Source: Sminthopsis crassicaudata (lineage: Eukaryota). Taken from it: a DNA stretch of 64,000 nucleotides. The notes beneath the pieces are model-generated. The model was not told where the DNA came from, did not search any database, and saw nothing but the letters and a program-made list of their open reading frames with translations. Where the stretch lies: positions 437,253,261-437,317,260 of the forward strand of contig NC_133620.1 in the NCBI RefSeq assembly GCF_048593235.1, written 5' to 3'. A program made the translations under genes and the position numbers. This document shows, one piece after another, positions 63,130 through 64,000 of this stretch. The first letter of the stretch is position 1, and every line of letters starts with the position of its first letter.

Positions 63130-64000
63130 AGATTTCAAAATGATTGGTTAACAGAAGATCCAGAGAATTGTAATTAATGGACATGCAATTTGGAGAGAGC
63201 TCTGTGAAGTAACCAAGGATCTGTCCTTTGCATTCCACAGTTGAGAATTTTTATCAGTGAGTTGAATGGAGGCAAAATTGGCATGTTTGTCAAAATCTGC
63301 ATATGATATTGATATACATAAATATACATAAGACATAGAATACATACATAAGATAAAGGATAGTAGAGTCAGAATCCAAACAGATCTCAAAATACTAGAA
63401 CAATCTGCTTATTCTAATAAGATACATCCTAACAGGGATAACAAAAAAGGGTAACATCATCAGAAAAACATGTGACCAGAAAAACAAAACAACGGATTAG
63501 TTATGTGAGAACAAGGGACAATCAAGAGACAGCTTTTATGCTCCATTGTTATGTGTGATATGGGAGAGAATATTAAAATATTCTCCATGTGGTATATACC
63601 ACCAGTTGAGTGATCTTTGTGGGAGAATGTAGACAAGGGAATCGCAGGATAGCCGGGTCTAGATAGGATATTGATGAGATCATAGATACACTGGAGTGTT
63701 GGAATATAAATTCAAAATTCTACATTTGGGTTCAGAAATCAACTGCTTGAGTATTACATCAAATAATTCATGTGAAAAATATGTGAGGGATTTTTGGTCA
63801 ACTTGGGTTTTGTTATGAATCAAAAGCGTGACATAAGCCTGAAAGGCAAATGAGATTTTTGGCTATATTAAGGGCAGTATTTTGTTCAGAATAAGGGATT
63901 TACTAGTTCTATTATTTGATGTCCTGAGTATGATGTTTTAGGAAGCCTTGAGAAGATGGACCAGATCCAAATAAGATACTTGGGTAATAATAAGGTGATT
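63130..64000 (+). mobile_element. CR1/L3 ORF2 relic running off the window end
   Basis: Degenerate CR1 RT region (..tttttatcagtgagttgaat..gtttgtcaaaatctgcatatgat..) and 3' motifs. Confidence 0.6.

Overview
AT-rich vertebrate intron/exon DNA from a marsupial, most likely an Australian dasyurid-type genome (WSINE1-like SINEs, Mar1 SINEs, marsupial L1 3' ends, an OC1-like hAT element); there are four N gaps. The window lies wholly inside SPAG17 (ciliary/flagellar central-pair protein, PF6 orthologue) on the minus strand. I resolved 17 consecutive coding exons (62445 down to 6208, 2692 nt), all with GT-AG boundaries and compatible phases. The introns are packed with MIR, L2, CR1/L3, L1, SINE and DNA-transposon relics. 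Best observations: (1) a young betaretrovirus-like ERV (2275-5175, antisense to SPAG17) with a fully open 582-codon gag but no pro/RT/env, only a decayed integrase C-terminus, a retained -1 frameshift signal that now runs into a stop, and a 5' LTR cut to 76 bp with no PBS; it is nested in an L1 that is nested in a MIR; (2) a solo LTR of the same family (39819-40144) whose U5 end is replaced by an inverted copy of its own U3 tip, giving 18-bp perfect terminal inverted repeats; (3) a very young 5'-truncated L1 with a 16-bp TSD and an open ORF2; (4) an OC1-like hAT MITE with an 8-bp TSD; (5) a sense L1 inserted against a SPAG17 branch point. Gene and repeat family names come from recalled sequence similarity, not from a database search. 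Boundaries of old repeats are approximate.
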